Below are positions 41,283-52,250 of a stretch of DNA of 64,000 nucleotides, one piece after another. The DNA is taken from NCBI GenBank assembly GCA_963765205.1, contig CAVXVB010000009.1, positions 640,001 to 704,000 on the forward strand, read 5' to 3'. The notes under the pieces were generated by a model that was not told the DNA's origin, made no database searches, and worked only from the letters and a program-made list of their open reading frames with translations. Origin of the DNA: an uncultured Verrucomicrobiae bacterium. GTDB lineage: Bacteria; Verrucomicrobiota; Verrucomicrobiia; Opitutales; JABDGR01. The translations under genes were made by a program, and so were the position numbers. Numbering within the stretch: the stretch's first letter is position 1; each line of letters begins with the position of its first letter.

Positions 41283-42452
41283 ATGAAAACAGAATTTTTG
41301 AGCGTCGCGGTGCTGTTCGGCCTCGTCGCCAGCGCCTACGCGGAAGCGCCCGCGGCCAATGGCCCCCCTGTTCGCGACCCCAACGCACCGGGCTTTGTGT
41401 CGGCCAAGGCGGTGAACCCCAGCAACGAGGAGGTGTCCCGGTTTATTGCGACGTTGAACGCGCCGGTGAACGGCGACGGCAATTTCATCATTGGGCCAAA
41501 CTACTTTGTCTCACCGGAATTTCTGGTGCAGCCCGGCTTGCCGCAAGGCACGGTGTATAGTTTTACCATGTCGTCGGCTGACAGCAAAATTTATCCCGGC
41601 ATTGACCGCGACCCCGGCACGTTCGGCACGGTGGACCCGAACAACCCCTACACGCTGTTGGTGCCGACCTCGCACCCGGTGTCTTATACGCGCCAGGTCG
41701 GGGTGTTTGTGCCCAAGCAATACGTCCCCGGCACCCCCGCGCCCTTTATTGTCGGGGCGGACGGAGTGGACAAGGGCCTGTTCAACGTGTTGAACAACCT
41801 GATCGCCGAACACAAAATCCCAGTGATGATTGGCATCTCCATCGCCCACGGCGGACGCCCCAGTGGCGACCCGCAGGGAAGCAGCGACGCCCAGGGCAGC
41901 GAACGCGGCCTCGAATACGACACCATGTCGGGCCGTTATGCGGAGTTCGTCGAGACGGAGGTACTGCCGTTGGTGGAAAAACAATGCAATGTGAAATTGA
42001 CCAAGGACCCGGAAGGCCGCGCGACGATGGGCGGCAGTTCGGGCGGCTCGTGTGCGCTGATCATGGCCTGGTATCACCCGGAACTTTACCACCGCGTCCT
42101 CACCTATTCGGGCACTTATGTCAACCAGCAGTGGCCGTTTAACCCCGAGACCCCGCACGGGGCGTGGGGCTTTCACGAAACCCTGATTCCCAACAACCCA
42201 CCCAAGCCCATTCGCCTTTGGATGGAAGTTGGCGACCAAGACTTGCTCAACCCGAACGTCATGCGCGACGATATGCACGATTGGGTCGTCGCCAACGAGC
42301 GCATGGCCACGGTGCTGGCGGCCAAGGGCTACCATTACCAGTTTGTCTTTGCCCTCCATGCCGGGCATACGGACCCCAATGTCAAGCTGCATACCCTGCC
42401 AGAAGCGCTCGAATGGCTGTGGCAGGGCTACCCGATCGCGTCGGCGAAATAG
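41283..42452 (+). CDS. Secreted Fes-like alpha/beta-hydrolase esterase (1 of 4)
   Basis: Signal peptide; ERGLEYDT, GGSSGG nucleophile elbow, AGH. Confidence 0.88.
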   Translation: MKTEFLSVAVLFGLVASAYAEAPAANGPPVRDPNAPGFVSAKAVNPSNEEVSRFIATLNAPVNGDGNFIIGPNYFVSPEFLVQPGLPQGTVYSFTMSSADSKIYPGIDRDPGTFGTVDPNNPYTLLVPTSHPVSYTRQVGVFVPKQYVPGTPAPFIVGADGVDKGLFNVLNNLIAEHKIPVMIGISIAHGGRPSGDPQGSSDAQGSERGLEYDTMSGRYAEFVETEVLPLVEKQCNVKLTKDPEGRATMGGSSGGSCALIMAWYHPELYHRVLTYSGTYVNQQWPFNPETPHGAWGFHETLIPNNPPKPIRLWMEVGDQDLLNPNVMRDDMHDWVVANERMATVLAAKGYHYQFVFALHAGHTDPNVKLHTLPEALEWLWQGYPIASAK

Positions 42453-42517
42453 CGCTTCACTATAGCAGGGGCGTTGCCTGCCGACGCCCTTCTTTGTCAT
42501 TTTTCAATTTCCCCAAC

Positions 42518-43735
42518 ATGAAAACCAAATTTATAATCCCCGCACTCCTGCTCGGCCTCATGGCCGGCCCCCATCCGGCGTTGGCTGCGGCCGGTGGCAA
42601 TCCTACCCGCGACCCCAACACCCCCGGCTTCGTTCCGCTCACCCCCGTGAACCTCAGCGCCGACCAGGTGGCCAGTGTGAACGCGGCGCTCAAGGCGTTG
42701 CTTTCCACCGACCCCGCCGCCAAGGCCGTCTTCGACCAGCATCCAAATTACAACCCGCTCACCGCCGGCTCGGCCAACCCGCCCCCGGATAAGGATGGGA
42801 ATTTTCTGATCGGCCCGAACTACTCTCCCGCGCCGGAAATGACAGTTCAACCCGGGGTGCCGCAGGGCACGGTGTCCCGGTTTACGATGAACTCGACCGA
42901 CAGCAAAATTTATCCCGGCATTGCCAAAGACGCCAATGGAATTGTGGATCCGTCGGACCCGGCCAAGATGCTTGCGCCGACCAGCCACCCCGCTCCCTAC
43001 GCGCGCACCATAACCGTATATGTGCCGAAGCAATATGTGCCCGGCACACCCGCGCCACTCATTGTGACGATGGACGGCATGGAAGGCGGCTTGCCGACCG
43101 TGCTGGACAATATGATCGCGCAGCACCGCTTACCGGCGATGATCGCCGTGGGCATCAGCGCCAACAGTGACGCCCAGGGCAGCCAACGGGGCTTGGAATA
43201 TGACACCATGTCGGGCGTCTATGCGGATTTCGTCGAGACTGAGGTGTTGCCGCTCGTGGAAAGCAAATACAACGTGACCATCACCAAAGACCCGGACGGC
43301 CGGGCAACGCTGGGCGGCAGTTCCGGCGGCTCGTGCGCCCTCATCATGGCTTGGTATCATAATGACCTCTACCATCGCGTCATCACTTATTCCGGAACGT
43401 ATGTGAACCAGCAGTGGCCGTATAATCCAGATACGCCCCATGGCGCCTGGGAATTTCACGAACACCTCATCCCACAAAGCCCGGTCAAACCCATTCGCCT
43501 CTGGATGGAGGTCGGCCAGCAGGATCTGCTCAATCCAAATGTTATGCGGGACAACATGCACGATTGGGTCGTCGCGAATGAGAATATGGCCAAGGTTCTG
43601 AAGGCCAAGGGCTACCATTACCAGTTTTCCTTCGCCCTCGGGGCGGGGCACAACGACAGCAACGTGCATCGGCAAACCCTCCCCGAAGCGCTCGAATGGG
43701 TCTGGCAGGGCTACCCCATTGACCCGGCGAAATAG
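42518..43735 (+). CDS. Secreted Fes-like esterase (2 of 4)
   Basis: MKTKF signal peptide; QRGLEYDT, GGSSGG, GAGH. Confidence 0.88.
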   Translation: MKTKFIIPALLLGLMAGPHPALAAAGGNPTRDPNTPGFVPLTPVNLSADQVASVNAALKALLSTDPAAKAVFDQHPNYNPLTAGSANPPPDKDGNFLIGPNYSPAPEMTVQPGVPQGTVSRFTMNSTDSKIYPGIAKDANGIVDPSDPAKMLAPTSHPAPYARTITVYVPKQYVPGTPAPLIVTMDGMEGGLPTVLDNMIAQHRLPAMIAVGISANSDAQGSQRGLEYDTMSGVYADFVETEVLPLVESKYNVTITKDPDGRATLGGSSGGSCALIMAWYHNDLYHRVITYSGTYVNQQWPYNPDTPHGAWEFHEHLIPQSPVKPIRLWMEVGQQDLLNPNVMRDNMHDWVVANENMAKVLKAKGYHYQFSFALGAGHNDSNVHRQTLPEALEWVWQGYPIDPAK

Positions 43736-43785
43736 TTTGTGCTTATCTCCACCCCACCACCCCCTCACGAAACAAGAAACTCACC

Positions 43786-44956
43786 ATGAAAATCCAATTA
43801 TTGACCAGCAGCCTCCTGGTTTGTCTGGCGGCGGGAACCACTCCATTATTGGGCGCGGACGCCGCTCCCGCGCCGGTGGCGGCCTCCGCCTCGACTACGG
43901 CAATGGCCGCTCCTGCCGCAGCCGCGGGCAGCGCTTCCGCCCCGCGCGGTCGCGGCCCCGGCGGCGCTCCGGCGACTCCCGCCGAAGTGGCCGAGATGGC
44001 GAAACTTAAAGACCTCCCGCCCTATGCCGTGGGCCTCGGCGATGGGGATTATTCCACGGGGCCGGACTATACCCCGGCCCCGGAACAGACCGCGAAGGAC
44101 GGCGTGCCCAAGGGCAAGGTGGACAGCTTCATCATGAACGCCGCCGACAGCAAATTTTACCCTCCCACCGGCAAGCGTGGGGCCACGGACACTCGCAAGG
44201 TGACGGTTTATGTGCCCAGCCAGTATGTGCCCGGCACGCCCGCCCCATTCATCGTTTCTTGTGACGCTTATGGTGCGGCACGGAATCAACTGCCCAACAT
44301 CCTCGACAACATGATCGCCGACCACCGCCTGCCGGTGATGATTGCGGTGATGATTGCAAATGGCGGCGGGGACGGCGGCGGCAGCGAGCGCGGCCTGGAA
44401 TATGACACCGTGTCCGGCAAATACGCCGAATTTGTGGAGGCGGAAGTTCTACCCCTGGTGGAGAAAAACTACGGTGTCACCCTGACTAAAAACCCGGACG
44501 CCCGCATGACCCTGGGCGGCAGTTCCGGCGGCTCGGCGGCCTTCTCGATGGCGTGGTTTCATCCGGAGCTTTATCACCTCGTGGTCACTTACTCAGGCAC
44601 CTATGTGAACCAACAGGCCGGCCCGGACGCCCCGCATGGCGCGTGGAACTTTCACGAAACACTCATCCCCAGCAGCCCGACGAAGCCGCTACGCGTATGG
44701 CTGGAAATGGGCGAGCGGGATAACGGCGCCGCGACTTCCGCGTCCGGATTCCACAATTGGGTCATTGCCAACATCAACATGGCCGCGGTTTTGAAGGCCA
44801 AAGGTTATCATTATCAAATGGTATTTGCCAAGGGGGCGGGCCACACGGATGGTCGTATCGATTGCCCAAACCCTCCCGCAAGCCCTGGAATATGTGTGGC
44901 GAGGCTATCCGATTGAGCCGGCGAAGGACGCGCCGGCCACGCCGGCGGCAAAATGA
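43786..44956 (+). CDS. Secreted Fes-like esterase (3 of 4), frameshift near 44860
   Basis: Same motifs; the conserved tail IAQTLPQALEYVWRGYPIEPAK* lies in the shifted frame. Confidence 0.85.
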
Positions 44957-45072
44957 GCGCGGTAAGAGGCCTCATCGCCAGTTCGTCTGCTTTGTTCATC
45001 CCAACCCAATCGTTCCGACCGGGCACAACCCGTTGGTGCGGGTTTTTCCATCCCCAAAACCTAAACTTGATT

Positions 45073-46254
45073 ATGAAAACCACCCAAGTGCGCAGCGGCC
45101 TCCTGCTTTGCCTGCTATCCTCCACCCTGGCAATTTTTGGCGCGGACGCCCCCGCCGCGCCGGCCGCTTCGTCGCCCGCGCTGGCCGCGCCTGCGGCGGC
45201 ATCTAACAATGCCCCGGTGGCCGCCCCCGGCGGTGCCGTCCCCGGCAGGGGGCCAGCGGCCCGGGCTCTGTCCGGCCCTCCGGCGACGGCTGCCGACATC
45301 GCCGAAATGGCGACCCTCAAAGACCTCCCGGCCTATGCCGCGGGCTTGGGCGACGGTGATTATTCCGTCGGCCCGAATTACACTCCCGCGGTCGAAGAAA
45401 AACGCCGGGACGACGTTCCCCATGGCAAAATCGTCAACTTTGAAATGAACTCGGCCGACAGCAAAATATTTCCCGGCAACCCCGCGTTCACGCGCAAAGT
45501 GGCCGTGTATATTCCGAGCCAGTATGTCCCCGGCACCCCCGCACCGCTTATTGTGTCTTGTGACCAATATGGGCTGTCCACAAACACCGGGGTGTTTCAG
45601 AACACCCTGGACAACATGATTGCCGACCAGCGCCTGCCCGTGCTGGTGGCGGTGATGATCGCCAGCGGCGGTAGCGAGCGCAGCATGGAATACGACACCG
45701 TTTCTGGTAAATACGCCGAATTTGTCGAGTCGGAAGTTTTGCCCCGGGTGGAAAAAGAAACCGGCGTGACCGTGACCAAGGACCCCGACGCCCGCATGGC
45801 TTATGGCGGCAGTTCGGGTGGCATCGCGGCGTTCAGCATGGCGTGGTTTCACCCGGAGCTTTACCACCGCGTGGTGTCCTTCTCGGGCACCTTTGTGAAC
45901 CTGCGGCACAGCGACGAAGTCCCGCACGGCGGCTGGGAATACCACGAAAATTTGATCGCGCAAGCCCCCGCCAAGCCGCTGCGAGTCTGGCTCGAAGCCG
46001 GCGAGAACGACAACGGAGCGACGACGGCTTCGTCCGCCTTCCGCAACTGGGTCATCGCCAACAAGCACATGGCCGCGGCCCTGAAGGCCAAAGGCTATCA
46101 CTACCAGTTTGTCTTCGCCAAAGGCGCGGGCCACACGGACAGCCGGACCAACCAGCAAACGATCGCGCAAGCCTTGGAATTTGTATGGAAGGGCTACCCC
46201 ATCGAGCCGGTGAAGGATGCCAAAGCGGCGCCCGCCACAAAATCCGCGCCGTAG
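45073..46254 (+). CDS. Secreted Fes-like esterase (4 of 4)
   Basis: Signal peptide; ERSMEYDT, GGSSGG, GAGH. Confidence 0.88.
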   Translation: MKTTQVRSGLLLCLLSSTLAIFGADAPAAPAASSPALAAPAAASNNAPVAAPGGAVPGRGPAARALSGPPATAADIAEMATLKDLPAYAAGLGDGDYSVGPNYTPAVEEKRRDDVPHGKIVNFEMNSADSKIFPGNPAFTRKVAVYIPSQYVPGTPAPLIVSCDQYGLSTNTGVFQNTLDNMIADQRLPVLVAVMIASGGSERSMEYDTVSGKYAEFVESEVLPRVEKETGVTVTKDPDARMAYGGSSGGIAAFSMAWFHPELYHRVVSFSGTFVNLRHSDEVPHGGWEYHENLIAQAPAKPLRVWLEAGENDNGATTASSAFRNWVIANKHMAAALKAKGYHYQFVFAKGAGHTDSRTNQQTIAQALEFVWKGYPIEPVKDAKAAPATKSAP

Positions 46255-46310
46255 GATTTTTCAGTCGTTAGCTACCCGTGCAATCCGCGTTATCTGTGGT
46301 ATAAAATTGG

Positions 46311-47744
46311 CTAAATTATTTTGATGGCGGGATCGCGGTTGGGGTGCGCGGACTCACCGGAAAAATCGGTGAGCGAGAGGTGCGCAGTATTTTCAGCCTC
46401 GAGGGCATGGGTGAAATAATCGGGAACCTGGCGGCCCCAGGCCACGCGGCAGCGGCGGAGGCTGATTTCATCCGCCTCGCGAAAGTTGAAACCCGGCGTG
46501 CCATGGGGTTCGAGGGCGGTGGCCCCGGTCATTGGCCGATTGTCAAAAAACCCGCCCGGATATTTGGTCCAGCGTTCGAGCGTGACGAACACATTCTCGA
46601 AGGCAACCTGGCGGACGGGCTGGCCCGGCGAGCCTTGCAGGCGGATGCTGTTTTCCGACCGTCCGGTGACGTTTTGGACGCGCACGTCGGTGATGGCACC
46701 GGGAGTGGTTTGGGGGTTGCGGGGCAGCGCGGTGAAGGAGATGGCTTCACCCCGGCCCCACCAGGGATCGGAATGATAACGCGCGAGGAAATTTAGGTCG
46801 TTGAAGCGCACCCGTGAAACATTGCCTTCGTCACGCAACTGGATGCACAGCCCCCGGCAGGAAGAGCGGATGTCACAATGCTCGAAGAGAATGTCCTGAA
46901 TGTCCTGGGTCGTTTCGGTTCCAATTTTTAGGCCGGAGTCCTGGGTGGTGATGACGCAGTCGTGGACATTGATCTTGGCGGAGGGGCCATAGTCGGTGGT
47001 CTGGCGGGAAGTTTTGACCACGACGGCGTCGTCGCCGCAGGTAATGTCGCAGCGGCGAATTTCGACATCGCGGCGGTGGTCAACATCAATGCCGTCGCAA
47101 TTGGGGACGTTGAGGGGATTGCGGATGGTGACCTGATCCACCAGGACGTGTTCACTGCCGAGGAGGTGCAATGTCCAGCTTGAGGAGTCGTATAAAGTGA
47201 CATCAGATATTACGAGGCCCGGGCAGGCGGTGAAGAGACACAAGCGGGGACGGCGGGGGGCCAGGCGCCACCATTCATTGGCCGCGTCATAATTGGTGGC
47301 GAAGGCCCGCCATTGGCCGTTTATGCGCCCAGTGCCGGACACGCGCACCTCGGCGGCACCCGTGGCCGACAGGACGGCAAGCGCGGCCGGATAATCCGGC
47401 AGGTTCGGGCTGGCCAGCAGTTCCGCGTCGTCCGCCAGATGAAAATCAACCCGGTCGCGCAGTTGCAGCCCGCCAGTGAGATAACGCCGCCCGCCCGGCA
47501 CGACGACGCGGGCACCTGCCCGTACCGCGGCGGCGGCATCAATCGTGCGTTGGAGGGCAGCCGTATCCGGGGTGACCCCATCGCCGACGGCACCGTAATC
47601 GCGAATATTGAAGTCCCGGGCCTGGAGGCGATTGGGGGACGGCAGAATCTGACAGCCGGAAAACGCCGCACCGACCGTCGCCACCGCGGCGAGTTTGGCG
47701 CCAAGGCGTAAAATCTGGCGGCGGGTGGAGTGGGCGGGGCTCAT
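46311..47744 (-). CDS. Glycoside hydrolase family 28 protein, Tat-exported
   Basis: TRRQIL Tat motif; DYGAVGDG; NCDGID, GDDAVVVK, GLKIGTET. Confidence 0.88.
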   Translation of the reverse strand: MSPAHSTRRQILRLGAKLAAVATVGAAFSGCQILPSPNRLQARDFNIRDYGAVGDGVTPDTAALQRTIDAAAAVRAGARVVVPGGRRYLTGGLQLRDRVDFHLADDAELLASPNLPDYPAALAVLSATGAAEVRVSGTGRINGQWRAFATNYDAANEWWRLAPRRPRLCLFTACPGLVISDVTLYDSSSWTLHLLGSEHVLVDQVTIRNPLNVPNCDGIDVDHRRDVEIRRCDITCGDDAVVVKTSRQTTDYGPSAKINVHDCVITTQDSGLKIGTETTQDIQDILFEHCDIRSSCRGLCIQLRDEGNVSRVRFNDLNFLARYHSDPWWGRGEAISFTALPRNPQTTPGAITDVRVQNVTGRSENSIRLQGSPGQPVRQVAFENVFVTLERWTKYPGGFFDNRPMTGATALEPHGTPGFNFREADEISLRRCRVAWGRQVPDYFTHALEAENTAHLSLTDFSGESAHPNRDPAIKII

Positions 47745-47787
47745 TTAGTTTTAGCGCACTTCGTGTTAACGAGAGCAATTTTTTTCG

Positions 47788-49755
47788 TCATGCTCCTGCT
47801 CCCGCCTTTTCCAACGCGGCTCGCCCCGCTACCAGGGTGGCGATGATTTTGTCCGCATCGTAAACGCAGCCGGCCCAGGTGCCGCCGCTGGCGGATTGCA
47901 GGGCCGCCCAGAGGCGCGTGTCCTCCGGGTAGGCGGAGTGGGGGGCTAAATCGGGCCGCGGCGCGCGGGCGGCGAGGATGCGGCCGCCTTCCTCCGGGGT
48001 GAAGCGGAGTTCGCCTGCGCCGACGAGATCAACGCGGCCTTCACCGCTGTTGCGGTCAATTTCGATGCGGATGATGTCGCCCTCCACAATTTTGCCAATC
48101 GGGCCGCCAGCCAGGCCTTCGGGGCTGACGTGCCCGATGCACGCGCCGGTGGACACGCCGGAAAAGCGGGCGTCCGTCAGCAGCGCGATGTGTTTACCGA
48201 AGGGCAGATGCTTCAAGGCGGCCGTCACCTGATAGGTCTCCATCATGCCGGTGCCCATCGGCCCGATGCCAGCCAGCACCATCACGTCGCCCGCCTTGAC
48301 GAGGCCGAGTTTGAGCGCGGAAATGGCGTTCATCTCCGACACGAAAACTTTGGCCGGGCCTTCCTTGCGGTAAACGCCGTCGGCATCCACGACTGTCGGG
48401 TCAATGGCCGTGGCTTTGATGATGGAACCCTCCGGCGCGAGGTTGCCGCGCGGGAATACCAGCGTGCCAGTCAGGCCGCGCTGTTTCGCCGCGGCCGGGG
48501 ACATGATCACGTCGTCGGGCGGCACATTGTCCTTCTGGAGCAAAATTTCCCGGAAGCGAACGCGGCGTTCGGAGTTCTCCCACTCGTCCAGATTTTCGCC
48601 CAGGGTTTTTCCTGTGACCGTCAGGACATTCGTATCGAGCAAACCCAGCCGGCGCAGATGCAGCATCACCTCGGGCACGCCGCCCCCCAAAAACACGCGG
48701 ACGGTCGGATGATGCACGGGGCCGTTCGGCAGGACGCTGACGATGCGCGGAACGCGGCGGTTCACGGCAATCCAGTCGTCCACGGCCGGCGGCGGCAAAC
48801 CGGCGGCATGCGCGATGGCGGGAATGTGCAGCATAAGATTGGTCGAGCCGCCGAATGCCGCATGCACCACCATCGCGTTTTGAATGCTGGCGGAGGTGAG
48901 AATGTCGCGCATCGCGAGCGAGCGCTCCTTCAGGTGATGCAGCGCGCGCGCCGAGCGCCGGGCCACATCCAGCCACACCGGCTGTCCCGATGGCGCCAGC
49001 GCCGAGTGCGGCACGGACAACCCCAGCGCCTCGCTGACGACCTGCGCCGTCGCCGCCGTGCCGAGAAATTGGCAGCCGCCGCCCGGAGTGGCGCAAGCGC
49101 GGCAGCCCAAGTCCGCGGCTTCCTGCAAAGAGATAATCCCATGCGCGTAACGCACCCCGAGCGACTGCACCGCGCCGGCGTCTTCGCCCACGGTGGGCGG
49201 CAGCGTGACGCCGCCGGGCACCACGACGCAGGGCAAATCGTGCAAACCCGCCACCGCCATCATCATTGCTGGCAGCCCCTTGTCGCAGGTGGCAATGCCC
49301 AACACCCCGGCGCGCAACGGCAGGGAGCGCGCGAGCCGGCGGAAAATCACCGCCGCGTCATTGCGATAGGGCAAGCTGTCGAACATGCCCGTCGTGCCCT
49401 GGGTGCGGCCATCGCAGGGGTCGGAGCAAAAGCCGGCAAAGGGAATCGCGCGCAACTGGCGGAACTCTTCCGCGGCGGCCTGGACGAGCAGGCCAATCTC
49501 CCAGTGCCCGGTGTGGTAGCCAAGCGCAATCGGCCGGCCATCCGGGGCGCGCACGCCGCCCTGGGTGCTGAGAATCAGAAACTGCGGGCGGCCGGATTCG
49601 GCGGCGTTCCAGCCCATCGCGGCATTTTGGCTCATGCCAAAGAGGTTGCCACTCGGCTCATTGAGCAGAAAATCCTTGGTCAGGGGCAAACTGCCCGCGG
49701 GGCCGCGAGCTTGGGTTTGAATCTCGTAGAGGTCGGAAGGGGCGGGGTCGGTCAT
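47788..49755 (-). CDS. YjhG/YagF-family D-xylonate dehydratase (IlvD/Edd superfamily)
   Basis: [46 protein letters not shown]. Confidence 0.92.
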   Translation of the reverse strand: MTDPAPSDLYEIQTQARGPAGSLPLTKDFLLNEPSGNLFGMSQNAAMGWNAAESGRPQFLILSTQGGVRAPDGRPIALGYHTGHWEIGLLVQAAAEEFRQLRAIPFAGFCSDPCDGRTQGTTGMFDSLPYRNDAAVIFRRLARSLPLRAGVLGIATCDKGLPAMMMAVAGLHDLPCVVVPGGVTLPPTVGEDAGAVQSLGVRYAHGIISLQEAADLGCRACATPGGGCQFLGTAATAQVVSEALGLSVPHSALAPSGQPVWLDVARRSARALHHLKERSLAMRDILTSASIQNAMVVHAAFGGSTNLMLHIPAIAHAAGLPPPAVDDWIAVNRRVPRIVSVLPNGPVHHPTVRVFLGGGVPEVMLHLRRLGLLDTNVLTVTGKTLGENLDEWENSERRVRFREILLQKDNVPPDDVIMSPAAAKQRGLTGTLVFPRGNLAPEGSIIKATAIDPTVVDADGVYRKEGPAKVFVSEMNAISALKLGLVKAGDVMVLAGIGPMGTGMMETYQVTAALKHLPFGKHIALLTDARFSGVSTGACIGHVSPEGLAGGPIGKIVEGDIIRIEIDRNSGEGRVDLVGAGELRFTPEEGGRILAARAPRPDLAPHSAYPEDTRLWAALQSASGGTWAGCVYDADKIIATLVAGRAALEKAGAGA

Positions 49756-49879
49756 CCCGCCATTGAAACAGCCCGCGCGCGGGAAACAATGGGAAACTAA
49801 GGCGCACAAAATCGGCAAATCGCCTCGACACGCGCCCGCTCTCTTGTCAAACAACTACTTCTCCTTACCCCCCAACCCC

Positions 49880-51163
49880 ATGATTGACAAGCGCTGGCTC
49901 CGCATCATCCCGTTGGCTCTGATCATGTATACGATCGCCTATGTGGATCGCACCAATGTCTCCCTGAGCCTCGACCCCACGATTTCGACGATGGTGAAGG
50001 ATTTGGCGATGGATGACAAAATGCGGGGCGAGGCCGCCGGCATTTTCTTTTACGGATATGTGCTGCTGCAAATCCCGGGGGGTTTGCTCGCGTCCCGCTG
50101 GAGCGCGCGCAAGACGATCAGCATCTGCCTGGTTTCCTGGGGGGTGTTCGCGGCGGGCTGCGGCCTGGCGAAAACCTTCCAGCAATTTGAGGTGATGCGC
50201 TTCATGCTCGGCCTGTCGGAAAGCGCGATCTTTCCCGCGACCACCGTGCTGCTCACCCAGTGGTTCCCCCGCACCGAACGCGCCCGCGCCAATTCCCTGT
50301 GGCTCTTGTGCCAGCCCCTTGCGCTGGTGGCGTCCGCGCCGATCACGGGCAAACTTTTGGACCTGTATGGCTGGCAGACGATGCTGTTCCTCGAAGGCAG
50401 CCTGCCGTTGGTGTGGCTGCCCATTTGGTGGTTCTACATCCGCGATCATCCGCGCGAAGTCTCCTGGATTTCCACCGAAGAGCGCACCCGTTTGGAAAAA
50501 ACGCTCCACGATGAAGCCGCCGACCAGGAGCCGCCGTTGCCCGTTTCTCTGCCGGCGCGGCTGCTCAATCCCGTCGTGCTGGCGATGATCGTGCTCTATT
50601 TTTTGCACAATTGCGCGGCCTATGGCTGTATGACTTTTTTTACGGACAGTCTGAAAGCGGGGAATTTTAGCGGCGCGGAAAAAGGTTTTCTACTGGCCGC
50701 GCCCTACGCCCTGAGCGCCGTGCTCATGCTGCTGAATTCATGGCACTCGGACAAGACCGGCGAACGCCGCGGCCATGTCGCTGCCGCCTACCTGATGAGC
50801 GGAACCAGCCTGATTTTAAGCGTCTTGACCAAGGACAATTTTTGGGTTTCGTATGCTTTCCTGTGCTTCGCGATTCCGGGGCCGTTTGTTGCCATGTGCC
50901 CCTTCTGGACCATTCCGGCGGAAACGCTGCCCCGGAAAATGACCGGCTGGGTGGTTGGCCTGGTCAATGCCTTCGGCAGTTTTGGCGGCATCGCCGGCCC
51001 GTTGCTGGTCGGCTGGCTGGAAAAGCAGTATCACAACACGGACCTTGGTTTTAACCTGCTGGGCGCGGGCATGTTGCTCAATGTCGCGCTGACCTTCGTG
51101 CTGCCCAAATCCAAGCCCCGCGCACCCGCGAAAAAAATCCTGGAACTCGTCCAAATTAAATGA
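49880..51163 (+). CDS. MFS transporter, anion:cation symporter type
   Basis: IAYVDRTN, QIPGG, WFPRTERARAN, SDKTGERR. Confidence 0.9.
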   Translation: MIDKRWLRIIPLALIMYTIAYVDRTNVSLSLDPTISTMVKDLAMDDKMRGEAAGIFFYGYVLLQIPGGLLASRWSARKTISICLVSWGVFAAGCGLAKTFQQFEVMRFMLGLSESAIFPATTVLLTQWFPRTERARANSLWLLCQPLALVASAPITGKLLDLYGWQTMLFLEGSLPLVWLPIWWFYIRDHPREVSWISTEERTRLEKTLHDEAADQEPPLPVSLPARLLNPVVLAMIVLYFLHNCAAYGCMTFFTDSLKAGNFSGAEKGFLLAAPYALSAVLMLLNSWHSDKTGERRGHVAAAYLMSGTSLILSVLTKDNFWVSYAFLCFAIPGPFVAMCPFWTIPAETLPRKMTGWVVGLVNAFGSFGGIAGPLLVGWLEKQYHNTDLGFNLLGAGMLLNVALTFVLPKSKPRAPAKKILELVQIK

Positions 51164-52014
51164 ATATCTGCCGCTTCAAAAACCAGCGCGATGAAATCCG
51201 TCTCGGCCTGGTGACAGACGGGGCGCTCCTTGACCTCACACCCGCGGGCCTGACCAGCCTGGGCGCGTTGCTCGAAAGCGACGACCCCGTGGCGCAGTTG
51301 CGGGAAGCCGCCCAGCGCGGCCTGCCCCGGATGGTGTGGGCTGATGTTCGGCTGTGCGCGCCCGTGGAACGCCAGGAGATTTGGGCCGCAGGTGTTACCT
51401 ATCTTCGCAGCAAGACCGCGCGCATGGCGGAATCTGATTTCAGCGCGACCGCCTACGACCGCGTTTACGTTGCTGAACGCCCGGAGATTTTCTTCAAAGC
51501 TCTCGCCGAGAAAGTCGTCCCAACCGGAGAGCCGGTGGGCATCCGCCAGGACGCAAAGTGGAATGTGCCGGAGCCGGAGTTGGCCTTGGTGTTCAATTCC
51601 CGGGGAAAAATCGTCGGCCACACCATCGGTAATGACATGAGTTCGCGGGACATCGAAGGTGAGAATTTGCTCTATTTGCCGCAGGCCAAAACCTACTATC
51701 GTTCCTGCGCGCTCGGGCCGTGGATCCGCCTCGGCGCGGACGAGGCGGCCGCGCGGGAATGGAAAATCCGCATCGCCATTGAGCGCCACGGCCAGCGTGT
51801 CTTTACCGGCGAAACGTCCATCAGCCAAATCAAGCGAAGGTTCGCGGAACTGGCCGATTATCTCTTTCGCAGCCAGGTCTTCCCGCACGGCGTCGTCCTC
51901 CTCACCGGCACCGGCATCGTCCCGCCCGACGGCTTCACGCTTAAGGAACAGGATATGGTCGAGATTGAGATCACCGGCCTCGGCGTGCTGCGGAATCCGG
52001 TGATGGTCGTGTAG
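51160..52014 (+). CDS. Fumarylacetoacetate-hydrolase family protein (2-keto-3-deoxy-pentonate dehydratase-like)
   Basis: EIWAAGVTYLRS, RPEIFFK, WNVPEPEL, GNDMSSRDIEGENLLYLPQAK. Confidence 0.88.
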   Translation: MNICRFKNQRDEIRLGLVTDGALLDLTPAGLTSLGALLESDDPVAQLREAAQRGLPRMVWADVRLCAPVERQEIWAAGVTYLRSKTARMAESDFSATAYDRVYVAERPEIFFKALAEKVVPTGEPVGIRQDAKWNVPEPELALVFNSRGKIVGHTIGNDMSSRDIEGENLLYLPQAKTYYRSCALGPWIRLGADEAAAREWKIRIAIERHGQRVFTGETSISQIKRRFAELADYLFRSQVFPHGVVLLTGTGIVPPDGFTLKEQDMVEIEITGLGVLRNPVMVV

Positions 52015-52250
52015 TGGGCTGCTTCGCCGACCCGATCACGAGCGTAAGGCGAAGCCTATGGAGTGCGGCGGCACGCCGCCGCTTTTCTTCCGCGTCCCGC
52101 TGTAGCGGGATCGCGCGGTTCAACGCTTGCATGGGCATATATAAAACTTGTTTCGTGTTGCGTATTGGAATAGACAAAAAGGCGAAGATGAGCATCCTTA
52201 AGAATTTTTCTTGGATTGTTTGCGTTCTTGAACGCTTCCCGCGAGGGTGC

